Assembly: GCA_963816145.1 (NCBI GenBank)
Contig: CAWFJP010000014.1
Span: forward strand, 96,001-160,000
DNA from: an uncultured delta proteobacterium
GTDB lineage: Bacteria > Desulfobacterota > Binatia > UBA9968
Direction of reading: 5' to 3'
DNA length: 64,000 bases
Position 1 is the first letter of the stretch. Every line of letters begins with the position of its first letter. This document shows positions 1 through 9,386 of the stretch, piece after piece. The position numbers and the translations under genes were made by a program. The notes under the pieces were generated by a model. The model was not told the DNA's origin. It was given only the letters and a program-made list of their open reading frames with translations, and searched no databases.

Positions 1-1
1 C

Positions 2-295
2 AGCGTAATCAAGGGCCGGGAGTATGGGCGCCGTTATCGCGACCAGACGATTGCGATCCTCGGCAAGTACACCCAGCGCAAACGCGAGTTCAACGAAGCC
101 GACTACGATTCCACGCTGCCGGTATTGACCGCCGAGGGCTGGGTCGGCGATGACATCATTAAGGAAGACGTCGCCATGCGCGCGGAACTGGTTAACGTCC
201 CGGCGCCGAGCGACTACCACAAGTTTTTCGATTACAGCATAGTCAGAAAAATTTACCGCGACCTGAAAAGCGCCGGCTGGAAGCCGACACCGTGA
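2..295 (+). CDS. C-terminal fragment of NMT1/THI5/SsuA-like ABC substrate-binding protein (5' truncated by window edge)
   Basis: Frame +2 open from base 2 to TGA 293-295; translates to ...SVIKGREYGRRYRDQTIAIL...FFDYSIVRKIYRDLKSAGWKPTP, resembling C-termini of the other SBP paralogs here (e.g. LFDFRLMQRVNDELQGWRP). Confidence 0.7.
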   Translation, partial: SVIKGREYGRRYRDQTIAILGKYTQRKREFNEADYDSTLPVLTAEGWVGDDIIKEDVAMRAELVNVPAPSDYHKFFDYSIVRKIYRDLKSAGWKPTP

Positions 296-316
296 GATCG
301 ACCCGAATCGGAGTAC

Positions 317-398
317 TCACCACGAAGAGCACGAAGGACACGAAGGTTTCGGACAAATAAATTTCCCAACTTCGTGTTCTTCGTGACCTTCGCGGTGA
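317..398. repeat. CACGAAG 9-bp-period palindromic element, copy 1
   Basis: tcac-cacgaag-ag-cacgaag-ga-cacgaag-gt-ttcgga-caaataaatt-tcccaa-cttcgtg-tt-cttcgtg-ac-cttcgcg-gtga. Confidence 0.9.
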
Positions 399-432
399 AA
401 AAATCTTTCACAATGAAGACAGGAGATTTACC

Positions 433-1548
433 ATGAGCACCCCCTATGAAGTCGCCGATATGATGATCGGCGTGCGCAACATGATCGAAGCGGCCGATCT
501 GCGGCGCGGCGACCAAGTGTTGCTGCTCGCCGACACGCGCAGCGACAAGATTACATTGGAAGCGTTAACCGCTGGTTTGCGCTTTTTCGGCGCCGAGCCG
601 ATGACGCTGGTGACCGAGCCAATCGCCCGCTACGGCGACGTGCCCAAGGCGGTAATGGACGCCATGCACGCCTCCGATGTGGCGATCTGGGTTTGGCCGG
701 TGTTTATTACCTTCACGCCGACCCATCGTGGCTTGGGACGCAAGCGCGAGGAGAGCGGCAGCCAGCTGCATGAAGCGCGCATGAAGCCGTATCATATTTA
801 TTTCGAGGGCAACGCCGGCTTGCTGGCGCGCGACTACGCCAAGTTCCCGAACAAAGTCTTATGGAAGCTCGCCGAAAAAGTCCGCGAAGTGGTGGCGCCC
901 GGCAAAGTTGTCCATATCGTCGACGATCTTGGCACCGATCTAACCGCGACTTACGACGGCAATCGGTTATACGGCATGCAGTTCCGCGCCGGCGATCCGC
1001 CGGGGCGCTGTCATTTCCCCTGGGGGCGCTGCGGCGTCTTCAACGGCGAGGGCAATTCCAACGGCGAAGTTTATCTGAGCTGTGTTCAAGGCGTCGCCGG
1101 GCGGCTTGCCGAACCTATGCGTTGGAAGGTGAAGGACAACATTATCACCGACGTCGACGGCGGCGGCGAAGTCGGCGAGGAGTGCAAACGCTTATTTCAA
1201 GAAGTGCCGGAATCCAATCGTTTGATCGAGATCATGTTCGGTTATCATCCCAAAGCGTCACCGGCCCATGGCATCGCCGATCCGATGCATTGGGAACTCA
1301 TCAGCAAGATGCCCTGGGCTGGCTTAGGCACGCCGCGCAAACATCCGAAATTCCGCCACATGGACGGGTCCGTGTTCGACGCTCGGCTTTACATCGACGA
1401 CCGGTTGGTGGTCGATAAGCATGGCATGCTCGACCGTTCGCTGTTGCATCATCCCGAGGTCCTCGAAGTAGCAGCGGAGTTCGGCGACCCGTATCAAGTG
1501 CTTGCGCCGGTGTCCCACGAGGCGCATGGTTCGAACACGGCGTGGTAG
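433..1548 (+). CDS. Peptidase M29 / NicX (2,5-dihydroxypyridine dioxygenase)-like fold metalloprotein
   Basis: 371 aa, AGGAG RBS; GTDLT motif, IEIMFGYHP segment and C-terminal HMD followed by LYIDDRLVVDKHG match the layout of the M29/NicX superfamily. Confidence 0.6.
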   Translation: MSTPYEVADMMIGVRNMIEAADLRRGDQVLLLADTRSDKITLEALTAGLRFFGAEPMTLVTEPIARYGDVPKAVMDAMHASDVAIWVWPVFITFTPTHRGLGRKREESGSQLHEARMKPYHIYFEGNAGLLARDYAKFPNKVLWKLAEKVREVVAPGKVVHIVDDLGTDLTATYDGNRLYGMQFRAGDPPGRCHFPWGRCGVFNGEGNSNGEVYLSCVQGVAGRLAEPMRWKVKDNIITDVDGGGEVGEECKRLFQEVPESNRLIEIMFGYHPKASPAHGIADPMHWELISKMPWAGLGTPRKHPKFRHMDGSVFDARLYIDDRLVVDKHGMLDRSLLHHPEVLEVAAEFGDPYQVLAPVSHEAHGSNTAW

Positions 1549-1561
1549 CACGAGGAATTCA

Positions 1562-1636
1562 TTCACCACGAAGGCACGAAGGACACGAAGGCCGGAGAAG
1601 AGATCATTCACCGAACCCCTAGTGCCTTCGTGGAGA
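1562..1636. repeat. CACGAAG palindromic element, copy 2 (right arm degenerate)
   Basis: ttcaccacgaaggcacgaaggacacgaag...ccgaac...agtgccttcgtggaga. Confidence 0.8.
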
Positions 1637-1709
1637 GAGTGCCCTCGGCCTTCGCCGTAGCCGTCCCATCGTCGCGGCCAATTCACAAATCGCAGCGCAT
1701 TTCTTTGTT

Positions 1710-1786
1710 TGTCATACCGGCGTAGGCCGGTATCCACGCATGAACGCCGCCGTCACTTCTGGATTCCCGCTTGCGCCGAAATGGCG
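1710..1786. repeat. REP-like doublet (GTCAT..CCGG..CCGG..TCCA / TGGATTC..ATG type)
   Basis: tgtcataccggcgtaggccggtatcca ... tggattcccgcttgcgccgaaatggcg: two imperfect palindromes in inverted orientation. Confidence 0.65.
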
Positions 1787-1800
1787 GAGGAGGGAGATTT

Positions 1801-1864
1801 TTCACCAGAGACCATAGAGATATTTACTCCGAACCCTCTGTGCTCTCTGTGACCTCTGTGGTGA
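1801..1864. repeat. CACAGAG variant of the 9-bp-period palindromic element
   Basis: ttcaccagagaccatagag...tccgaac-c-ctctgtg-ct-ctctgtg-ac-ctctgtg-gtga; same termini and TCCGAA arm as CACGAAG copies. Confidence 0.75.
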
Positions 1865-1912
1865 GATCGTCTTATTCCGACTTGGCAGCAGAATGACAGA
1901 TTAGGATTCTGC

Positions 1913-2980
1913 TCACAGCCCCGGCCGGTAGAACTTCATCGCGTTGCCGCCAAGCACCGCTTCTTTATCCTCTTGAGTGAGATCGTCGCGGGCGAGCAGC
2001 TCGTCGATCTCGTGACGGCACTTGGCGGCGTCGAAGACTTCGTGGGGGAAGTCGCTGCCGAAAAGGAATGATTGGCGCCCGCCTTTGGCCACCGCCGTGT
2101 TCAAACCGTCATCGTCACAGTCGAAGCCGACAAAGATGCGTCCTTCGCGCAATTGTGTCTTGAAGTAGTCGCTGGCTCTTTCACCGGGCGCCGGACCGCC
2201 GAGGCGATTGCCATGGATGTCCAGTTGCACATGGCCGTCATGATAAGAGCGGTCGAGCCGGTCCATCATGAACGGCACCCAAGTGGCGCCGCCTTCGAGA
2301 AAACCGACGCGCAGTTTGGGAAAGCGATCGAAAACTCCATGGCCGATCATCGCCGAGGCTTGGATCATCAAGCTGAACGGATGGCCTAGGGCATGCACGG
2401 GATAGTAGGTCGTGAACGCATCCATGCCCATATGGTGCAACGCGCCGACATGGACGGCGAGACAGCAGCCTAACTTTTCCGCTTCTTCATAGAGCGGCCA
2501 GTAGATCTTATTGCCGAAGTGGCCTTGGATCGCCTCGCCGTTGGAAGGCAGCATACCGCCCAACATGCCGAGCTCTTTGACCGCGCGGCGCAATTCGACT
2601 ATGGCGGCGTCGACATCTTGAAACGGAATCAGCGCGACGCCTTTGAGGCGCGGGTTTTTGGTCAAAAACTTTTCTTGGAGCCAGGTGTTGTAGGCTCGGC
2701 AGGCGATCACCGCCCAATCCGGGGCCATGATTCGGCCGACGGCGAGACCGGCGGTGGGGTAAAGGACGGTCCAGCTGATTCCGGTTTTTTCGAGAAACTC
2801 AGTCCAAGCCTCGGCATCGGGATTCCCGGTGGCGCGGCGATTCTGTTTCAAATAGCGAAAGTGCAGATGATCGAACTCGGGAAAGAGTTTCGCCATCTGA
2901 TTGCCCTTGGGCATGTACTGGGCGATCTCGTCGCCGCAGATATGGTCGTTGATATGGCCGTCGGCATCGATAATTTGCAT
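1913..2980 (-). CDS. Amidohydrolase_2 family protein (ACMSD/LigW/LigJ-like)
   Basis: IIDADGH N-terminal motif, LAVH, FLEGG, FGSDFPH; start moved to ATG 2980 behind GAGGAG RBS. Confidence 0.9.
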   Translation of the reverse strand: MQIIDADGHINDHICGDEIAQYMPKGNQMAKLFPEFDHLHFRYLKQNRRATGNPDAEAWTEFLEKTGISWTVLYPTAGLAVGRIMAPDWAVIACRAYNTWLQEKFLTKNPRLKGVALIPFQDVDAAIVELRRAVKELGMLGGMLPSNGEAIQGHFGNKIYWPLYEEAEKLGCCLAVHVGALHHMGMDAFTTYYPVHALGHPFSLMIQASAMIGHGVFDRFPKLRVGFLEGGATWVPFMMDRLDRSYHDGHVQLDIHGNRLGGPAPGERASDYFKTQLREGRIFVGFDCDDDGLNTAVAKGGRQSFLFGSDFPHEVFDAAKCRHEIDELLARDDLTQEDKEAVLGGNAMKFYRPGL

Positions 2981-3094
2981 TGAGGCAGCTCCTCGGGAAA
3001 TCTTGGTCAAAGTGAAATCTATGCCGTTTGCCCATTACTTTGCAATCTTTTCCCAGCTTCTGCTATGGTCGTGCGATTGAAGGGAAATCCGATC

Positions 3095-3297
3095 ATGCTC
3101 CGCGCAATTATTTTTATCATGTCGCTGGCCGGCTGGGCCGAACCGTCTGGGCTCAGAGCGCCGACAAAGCGATCATCGCCCACACCAGTGAAAGCATCAG
3201 CTTAGCGCCGGGCGTAAAGAATCAAGTTGCGGCCAACGATCTGGTCGACTTCCAGATTTTGCGCCAAGCGGCGAAAGATATTGACGGGACGTCCTAA
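3095..3297 (+). pseudogene. Internally deleted remnant of an NMT1-like substrate-binding protein gene
   Basis: Signal-peptide-like start MLRAIIFIMSLAG (frameshift) then VWAQSADKAIIAHTSESISLAP joined directly to SBP-type C-terminus GVKNQVAANDLVDFQILRQAAKDI. Confidence 0.6.
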
Positions 3298-3342
3298 ACC
3301 GCAGTAGATCAAGGCATTGTCAGCAGAAGGGGGAGCACATCA

Positions 3343-3777
3343 GTGGAGTGGATATTTCAAACCCAGGATACCTACGCATTTCTTTTTCTTCGGTTCGGTT
3401 TGGCGGTGACGTTTTTTATGCACGGGACGCAGCATGCGTTCGGTTGGCACGGTGGCAAGGGACCGAAAGCGCAAGTGACCAATTGGCGCGACAAATACGG
3501 CATCCCGGTGCCGATGGGTGTTCTAGCATTGGTCATCGAGCTGTCGACAGTGGTGTGCATGGTGCTGGGATTTTTCGTCCGGCCTGTGGCTTTGGGTCTG
3601 GCAGTCTTTATGGCGTTTGCGACGTTTCTTAGCCATTGGGAACATGGATTTTTTCTGTCATCCCAAGCGGGAAAGGGCAGCGGCATCGAGTACACGATGG
3701 CGTTGATGCTTATGGCTCTGACCATCGTGGTTGGCGGCGCCGGGGCGATGTCGGTGGACATCCTGTTGGGCCGCTGA
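3343..3777 (+). CDS. DoxX family membrane protein
   Basis: LRFGLAVTFFMHGTQH, GSGIEY, GAGAMSVD motifs; four hydrophobic segments; GGGGGAG RBS. Confidence 0.9.
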   Translation: MEWIFQTQDTYAFLFLRFGLAVTFFMHGTQHAFGWHGGKGPKAQVTNWRDKYGIPVPMGVLALVIELSTVVCMVLGFFVRPVALGLAVFMAFATFLSHWEHGFFLSSQAGKGSGIEYTMALMLMALTIVVGGAGAMSVDILLGR

Positions 3778-4111
3778 ACCATTGCTCGTTATGCCGGGCC
3801 AGCGTTAAAACCCTGCCAGTGTTAAGTTTGTTCGCGTTCGCGCTACTTCCTAACGCCGGCTGACGCTCGATCTCTCGTCAAGTGGCTCTAAAGCGGGGCC
3901 GTGTAAACGGGTTTTTTCCTATTCGGCGGCCAGTCTGGAATCGCTCCGATTAGGGTCATCGTGATGACTTCGCTCCGGTGCGAAGCGATCTCACCGGCCC
4001 GGAAGGCAAAGCCGAAATTTCAATTTTTTCCACCAAAACCGTGAAAAATGAGAGGTCGAACGCGCGCGCCGATTGGCAACACGCGTGGCGAAGCCGATGC
4101 TCTCTAATCCG

Positions 4112-4597
4112 TTACTGCAATTTTCTTTGCAATTCTTCGGTGAGCTGCGCGAGTTCGCTGTCGCCGGGATTGATCTGCAGGGCGCCACCAAATTCTTCCA
4201 ACGCCTTTTGGATCATGCCCTTGGTGAGATAGACGCGGCCGAGATTGATGTAAGGGAAGTGGCGCGGCTCGTAGCGCTTGGCGCTCTTGGCCCGTTCGAG
4301 CCAGGGGATGGCGTCGTCGAGTTTTTGCTGCTGCATTAGATAGACGCCGATGTCGTTATAAGGATTGCCGAACTCAGGGTCGAGTTCGATGGCGATCTCG
4401 CATTGAGCGATGGCTTCGTTCAAGCGGCCTTTGAAGCTGTAGGCCCAGCCTAGATAGGTGTGGGCGTCGGCGGTGGGGTAGAGCGCGATGGATTCCTTAT
4501 AGAGCCGGATGGCGTCGTCGAACTCCTCCGCCATCTGCAGTTTCATCGCCTCGCCGATCAGTTCGATGGCGCGCTCTTGATCCTTGGTCGTGGCCAT
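4112..4597 (-). CDS. Tetratricopeptide repeat protein
   Basis: Repeated TPR consensus (AHTYLGWAY..A...AIELDP; PYNDIGVYL; PYINLGRVY..A...ALQINP). Confidence 0.9.
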   Translation of the reverse strand: MATTKDQERAIELIGEAMKLQMAEEFDDAIRLYKESIALYPTADAHTYLGWAYSFKGRLNEAIAQCEIAIELDPEFGNPYNDIGVYLMQQQKLDDAIPWLERAKSAKRYEPRHFPYINLGRVYLTKGMIQKALEEFGGALQINPGDSELAQLTEELQRKLQ

Positions 4598-4635
4598 ATC
4601 TTTGCCGTTAGCTTACTCTTTTGCCGCGAGCTTTT

Positions 4636-5370
4636 TCAAACCCCCCAGGCGCCGCTCAACTGAATGTTTGCACCATTGACGTAACGTGCTTCGTCGGAAA
4701 GCAGATAGCGCACCGCCGCTACCGCATCGTCAACGCTGCCGACATAGCCGGCGGGAATCATTTTCACCATGCGCTCCAGTTCTTCTTTAGGCGCGCTGCC
4801 GGAATCGATAAATCCTGGTGAGACGCAATTCATGGTGATGCCGTCCGACGCGAGCAACTTCGCGAAGGAGCGCGACAACGCGAGCACGCCGACCTTGGTG
4901 ATGTAATGGGCGGTTAGCTGCGGCTGGGCGATCAACTGCTCGGCATTCGCCATGCTGAAAGAGACGATGCGTCCCCACTTTTGGATTTTCATAATCGGCA
5001 CGACCGCTTGGGTCAAGTAAAAAACCGGGTGGAGATTGTTATCGAACATGCCGTGCCAGCCGGCGTTGGTTTCTTGTAGCAGCGAGACCCGGTGATAGGG
5101 ACCGGCGCCATTGATCAGCGCATCGATGCGGCCGAATTCTTGGTGAACCCGCTCGACTAATTCGACGGCGGCCTGGCAATTCGAAACATCGCATTGGAGG
5201 GCCAATCCGGCGTTACCGGTTTGTTTAACGCCATCGATGACTTCGTCCGCTTCTCGCGCGCTGGTCCGATAGCAGATAGCCACTGACCAGCCGCGCGTGG
5301 CCAGATCCAAAGCGACACCGCGGCCGATACCTTTAGCGCCGCCGGTGATTAGTGCAACTTTGCTGCTCAT
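4636..5370 (-). CDS. Short-chain dehydrogenase/reductase (FabG/pteridine reductase-like)
   Basis: TGGAKGIG, INGAG, YITK (YxxxK), NCVSPG, YVNG. Confidence 0.9.
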   Translation of the reverse strand: MSSKVALITGGAKGIGRGVALDLATRGWSVAICYRTSAREADEVIDGVKQTGNAGLALQCDVSNCQAAVELVERVHQEFGRIDALINGAGPYHRVSLLQETNAGWHGMFDNNLHPVFYLTQAVVPIMKIQKWGRIVSFSMANAEQLIAQPQLTAHYITKVGVLALSRSFAKLLASDGITMNCVSPGFIDSGSAPKEELERMVKMIPAGYVGSVDDAVAAVRYLLSDEARYVNGANIQLSGAWGV

Positions 5371-5414
5371 GACGTGATCTACGTGGGGGAGTTGAGATTC
5401 AGATTCTACAAACT

Positions 5415-7691
5415 TCAGTCGTCGATGGCGAGTTCAGGTTCCTGGCTCGCGGCGCCATCGCCTTCGACCCAGGGTTTGAACTTTTCGTAGAGCTCGTTGA
5501 GCTTGGCTTTATAATGTTCGACGTTTTCGTCAGGATTCTTGGCGTCCCACTCCGAGGCGAGTTTGCAGTTGCCGCTGATTTTCACCTTGGCTTTGCCGCC
5601 GGTGACATAGTACGCGATCTGATCGCCGGCTTGATAGGGGCGTTCGGCTTTGAGCGCCAATTCGTAGGGGGCGGCGGCGTTGCGTTTTTTGGCTTTGACC
5701 TTGGCTTGATAGTTCTCCAGCGAGTCTTGCAACGTCTCGGTTTTTGCCAGCCAAGAAATATCTTTGCGATGATTGGCGATGTCATCGGCATAACGCGCAT
5801 AAAGCTCGGGGATTTTTTCTTTCTCGCCTTTGAGCAGCAGCGTCAGCATCTCCTCCAGCCATTCGCGCTGGAACAGTTCCAGGCCGCGCGAGCGCAGCCC
5901 CGAACCTTTGATGCGCAGCCGGCCCTGCTCGTCGAGCAGAGCGTAGTTTTTCATCTTGTAGCTAAACATGGCCGGATAGCGGCCGTCGAGTTCGAGTTCG
6001 ATACCCTTGGGTAGAATCTCGCCGAGATCGGCGATCAGTTTCTCTTCGTCCGCGGCGGATTTTACATCCTCCGGCGGGACGAAATAGATGCCGTCGGTGT
6101 CGACTTCGATGATCTTGGCGTCCTTGGCTTTCAGCCAGGCGACGGCAGATTGAATCAGCTCACGACCTTTTGCGGTGACCTGATTGGCTGCGCTGAAATC
6201 GTTGAAGTGCGCCATCTGAAAACCCAGGTAGCCGTAGAATGAATTGATGAGAATTTTAAACGTCGATTGCAGGGCGTTGAAATAAATTCGACCTTCCTCG
6301 TCACCAGCGTCGCGGGCGAGCTCCTTGGCCTTGACGCGGAAGGTGCGCAGATCGCTCAACAGGCCGGGAAAAACGCCGAGCTCGTCTTTCTTTGGCAGGT
6401 ATTTATAAACCAGCATGATCGACGGATAGAGCGAGGTGACGTCGCAGTGGAGCACGCGGTTCGCCGTGCCTTGATATTCCATATCGGTAAACCCGCCGAC
6501 GACATTGCCGACTTCGTCGGGGTAGGGCACCGAGTGACGCTGGTGCAGGTACTCGCGCAGGAAAAGCGCATCGATCTTGGTTGCATTGCCGCGCAGCGGT
6601 ATGTTCTGGTAGCTGAATGGAAATATCTGCGCCTCGACGAAATAACTGGGGGAAAGGATCTCCGAGATCGCCCGGGTCTCGCGCACGTCGTCGAGCGCGT
6701 AGCGAAATAGCGTGTCGGGATCATGGTCGAAGTACCAGCTGGTCTTGTCGCCGGGCACGTAGGTGCGCTCGGCGCCGGCGATGCCGAAGTGGCGCGCGAT
6801 GTCTTTCAAGCCGAAGCTTTCCAGCTCCCGGGTGGCGACGTCGTAGTGTTGGGCGAGGATCCAGGTGTCGATGATATGGCGGCCGAAGATTTCGTACTTG
6901 CGATAGGTGATCGTCCGCTCGGCCATCTGCATGCGCGATGCGTGGCCGCTCAGACGCGAGCCGTCGCGGCCGAAGTTGAGCGCGACTTTGTGGCGCTTGG
7001 CGCGCGCCTCGATGTATTCCAGATCGAAGCGGAACAGGTTATGCCCCTCGATCACGTCGGGGTCGCGCTGCTGGATTACTTTTACCAACTCGCGCAGCAT
7101 TTCCGCTTCGCTGTGCTCTTTGCCCGAGATCAGCCGTTCCCAGCCGGTGGAGTCGGACAGGGCGATGGCGGTGATGCGGTCGGTCTCCCGCGCCGCATTG
7201 GGAAAATTGAAGCCGCTCTGGCAATAGGTCTCGATGTCGAGCTGCAAGCGTTTCAAATCGCGAAAGGTCATGCCGAGAAAATGCGTCCGGCCGGAGAGCA
7301 AAAGAAACTGTTGCAATGGATCGCTGAAATACCAGTAGGGGGCGTCGCCGGCGGAAGGTGTCTTACCGGTCTTTTTTTGCAAATAGGATTTGGCGTCGTC
7401 GAGCTGTTTCAAGTCGGCGAATAGCGCCAGACGGTTGAAGGCGCCGCTGCCTGCGAGTTTTTCGATCTGCGCTTGGCCTTTCCAGCCGCTCAATGGCTCG
7501 TCGCCTTCGAGCAGCATCAAGGGCTGCAACGTGGCCGTTTCGCTGCGCAGGGTGTCGCCGTCGCGAAAGAATATTTTTACGCTGGCGTCGCCGTCGACCT
7601 CGTATCCGATGGCGCCTGGCGTGGCATCATGGCCGAATAAGACTTCGTTTTTTTGAAATAGCGGGAGCAGTTGTTGGCGTTGTGCTTGCAT
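5415..7691 (-). CDS. polB: Family B DNA polymerase with 3'-5' exonuclease domain
   Basis: ExoI LDIET, ExoII GHNLFRFDLEY, ExoIII YALDD; polymerase motifs DVTSLYPS, KILINSFYGYLG, EVDTDG. Confidence 0.93.
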   Translation of the reverse strand: MQAQRQQLLPLFQKNEVLFGHDATPGAIGYEVDGDASVKIFFRDGDTLRSETATLQPLMLLEGDEPLSGWKGQAQIEKLAGSGAFNRLALFADLKQLDDAKSYLQKKTGKTPSAGDAPYWYFSDPLQQFLLLSGRTHFLGMTFRDLKRLQLDIETYCQSGFNFPNAARETDRITAIALSDSTGWERLISGKEHSEAEMLRELVKVIQQRDPDVIEGHNLFRFDLEYIEARAKRHKVALNFGRDGSRLSGHASRMQMAERTITYRKYEIFGRHIIDTWILAQHYDVATRELESFGLKDIARHFGIAGAERTYVPGDKTSWYFDHDPDTLFRYALDDVRETRAISEILSPSYFVEAQIFPFSYQNIPLRGNATKIDALFLREYLHQRHSVPYPDEVGNVVGGFTDMEYQGTANRVLHCDVTSLYPSIMLVYKYLPKKDELGVFPGLLSDLRTFRVKAKELARDAGDEEGRIYFNALQSTFKILINSFYGYLGFQMAHFNDFSAANQVTAKGRELIQSAVAWLKAKDAKIIEVDTDGIYFVPPEDVKSAADEEKLIADLGEILPKGIELELDGRYPAMFSYKMKNYALLDEQGRLRIKGSGLRSRGLELFQREWLEEMLTLLLKGEKEKIPELYARYADDIANHRKDISWLAKTETLQDSLENYQAKVKAKKRNAAAPYELALKAERPYQAGDQIAYYVTGGKAKVKISGNCKLASEWDAKNPDENVEHYKAKLNELYEKFKPWVEGDGAASQEPELAIDD

Positions 7692-7833
7692 AATATCAGC
7701 GCCGACTATAGCAAACCGAGGGGGCTTCTCCTAGCCTCAGTCGCCCCGGTCATCGGGTTTTGGCTATAGATTTTTTCACCGAATGGCGCTTTTCACTGGA
7801 GCGATTGGGGCGGGATATGGTAAATTATTACTT

Positions 7834-8613
7834 ATGGATCCGCTCAGTTTTGAAAGCCGGCCAGTTTTGCGCAGCCCAATCTTGGTGCTGGCGTTTGCCG
7901 GTTGGAGCGACGCCGGCGCTTCAGCGACGACCGCGTTGCGTTATCTAGTCGATAACTTGATGGGCAAGAAGTTTGCCAGCATCGATCCCGAAGAGTTCTA
8001 TGATTTTTACCGCCAACGGCCGGTGGTGCGGCTCAATGACGCAAAAGTTCGCGAGATTCATTGGCCGTCATTCGATTTTTACCACGGCGCCGGAATCGGT
8101 CTCGATAAGGATTTTATTTTCGGCATCGGCGCCGAGCCGCATCTGCGCTGGCGGACCTTTACCGAGACCATGCTGCGTTTCGCCCGCGCGTGTGAGGCGG
8201 AAATGGTGGTGACGTTGGGCGCCTATCTCGATGAAGTGCTCTACACGCGGCCGGTGCCGTTGACCGGTTACTCCACCGACGCCAAATTGATGGAAGAGCT
8301 GGATCTCACGCCCTCCCGCTATCAGGGGCCCACCGGCATCGTCGGCGTGTTGACCGATGCCTGCCGGCAGAACAGCGTGGCGAACCTGAGCATCTGGGCG
8401 TCGCTGCCGCATTATCTGAATGTTTCACCCAACCCGCGCGGCAGTTTGGCGCTGCTGTTGCGGATGAACCAATGGCTCGGCTTGCGCGTCGACACGACGC
8501 CGTTGGAACGCGCCGCGGCCGACTTCCAAGCCAAGATCAACGAAGCCGTCAACGCCGACCCTAAACTTTCCGCTTACGTGCGTGAACTCAAAAAACGCGA
8601 ATTCGAACAGTGA
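7834..8613 (+). CDS. PAC2 family protein (proteasome assembly chaperone-like)
   Basis: AFAGWSDAG, IDPEEFYDF..RP, EPHLRW, VTLGA, YQGPTGIVGVL, WASLPHY, YVRELK are diagnostic of the bacterial PAC2 family; start chosen at ATG 7834. Confidence 0.88.
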   Translation: MDPLSFESRPVLRSPILVLAFAGWSDAGASATTALRYLVDNLMGKKFASIDPEEFYDFYRQRPVVRLNDAKVREIHWPSFDFYHGAGIGLDKDFIFGIGAEPHLRWRTFTETMLRFARACEAEMVVTLGAYLDEVLYTRPVPLTGYSTDAKLMEELDLTPSRYQGPTGIVGVLTDACRQNSVANLSIWASLPHYLNVSPNPRGSLALLLRMNQWLGLRVDTTPLERAAADFQAKINEAVNADPKLSAYVRELKKREFEQ

Positions 8614-9320
8614 AACTCTCCGTCCTCGTCCCGGTCTACAACGAAGAGTCCACGCTGGAAGAGGTCGTTAGGCGAGTGTGCGCGTTTCCCATGGCCAAGG
8701 AAATCATTCTCGTTGATGACGGATCGAAAGACCGCAGCCGCGAAATTCTCGAACGGCTCGCACAGGCGAACAAAGCGGCCAACGATCCGCTCAACCATAT
8801 CAAAGTTTTTTTTCAGCCGCACAACCAAGGTAAGGGGGCGGCGCTGCGCACGGCCCTGGGTCATGTCACCGGTGATATCGTGCTGGTGCAAGACGCCGAT
8901 CTCGAGTACGATCCCGACGATTATCCGGCTTTGTTAGAGCCGATTCAAAAAGGGCAGGCCGACGTTGTTTACGGTTCGCGTTTTATTGGCGGCGGCCCAC
9001 ACCGGGTACTTTTTTTCTGGCATTCGGTGGGCAACCGCGGCTTGACCCTGCTGTCGAACATGCTCACGAACCTTAATCTTTCCGACATGGAAGTCGGCTA
9101 CAAGGTTTTTCGCGCCGAGGTGCTGAAAGGTATTGAATTGAAGTCAAAGCGTTTTGGCTTCGAGCCCGAGATCACGATAAAGCTTGCCAAAAAACGTTGT
9201 CGTTTCTACGAAGTGCCGATCTCCTATTACGGCCGCACCTATGAAGAGGGCAAGAAGATCACCTGGAAAGACGGCATAGCGGCGCTGTACTACATGATTC
9301 GCTTTAAATTCTCCGATTGA
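8610..9320 (+). CDS. Glycosyltransferase family 2 (polyprenol-phosphate mannosyltransferase-like)
   Basis: VPVYNEE, VDDGSKD, NQGKGAAL, QDADLEYDP, FGFEPE, EGKKITWKDG; overlaps the PAC2 stop (GTGA). Confidence 0.92.
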   Translation: MKLSVLVPVYNEESTLEEVVRRVCAFPMAKEIILVDDGSKDRSREILERLAQANKAANDPLNHIKVFFQPHNQGKGAALRTALGHVTGDIVLVQDADLEYDPDDYPALLEPIQKGQADVVYGSRFIGGGPHRVLFFWHSVGNRGLTLLSNMLTNLNLSDMEVGYKVFRAEVLKGIELKSKRFGFEPEITIKLAKKRCRFYEVPISYYGRTYEEGKKITWKDGIAALYYMIRFKFSD

Positions 9321-9338
9321 CTGACCGCAAAAAAGAAA

Positions 9339-9362
9339 GGGCGCAGCATGCTGCGCCCCTAC
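9339..9362. repeat. GTAG-type REP palindrome / possible terminator between convergent genes
   Basis: Perfect palindrome gggcgcagcatgctgcgccc followed by ctac (GTAG on the - strand). Confidence 0.7.
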
Positions 9363-9386
9363 GGCTCATCCAAATTTGTCCGGTGA

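Noticed and set aside
253-516. Short ORFs containing FTTKDTK / LRVLRALRG / LERLE peptides (also 1324-1737, 47862-48134, 53146-53343, 59468-59662)
   Set aside because: These are translations of the DNA repeats overlapping real genes, not independent proteins.
3780-4110. 330-bp gap between convergent genes as an ncRNA
   Set aside because: Only a weak hairpin (ccggtg..caccgg); no tRNA, 6S, SRP or tmRNA features recognised; needs an Rfam scan.
5415-7691. PolB as marker of a prophage, casposon or pipolin
   Set aside because: No integrase, Cas1, terminal repeats or virion genes nearby; flanks are ordinary metabolic genes.
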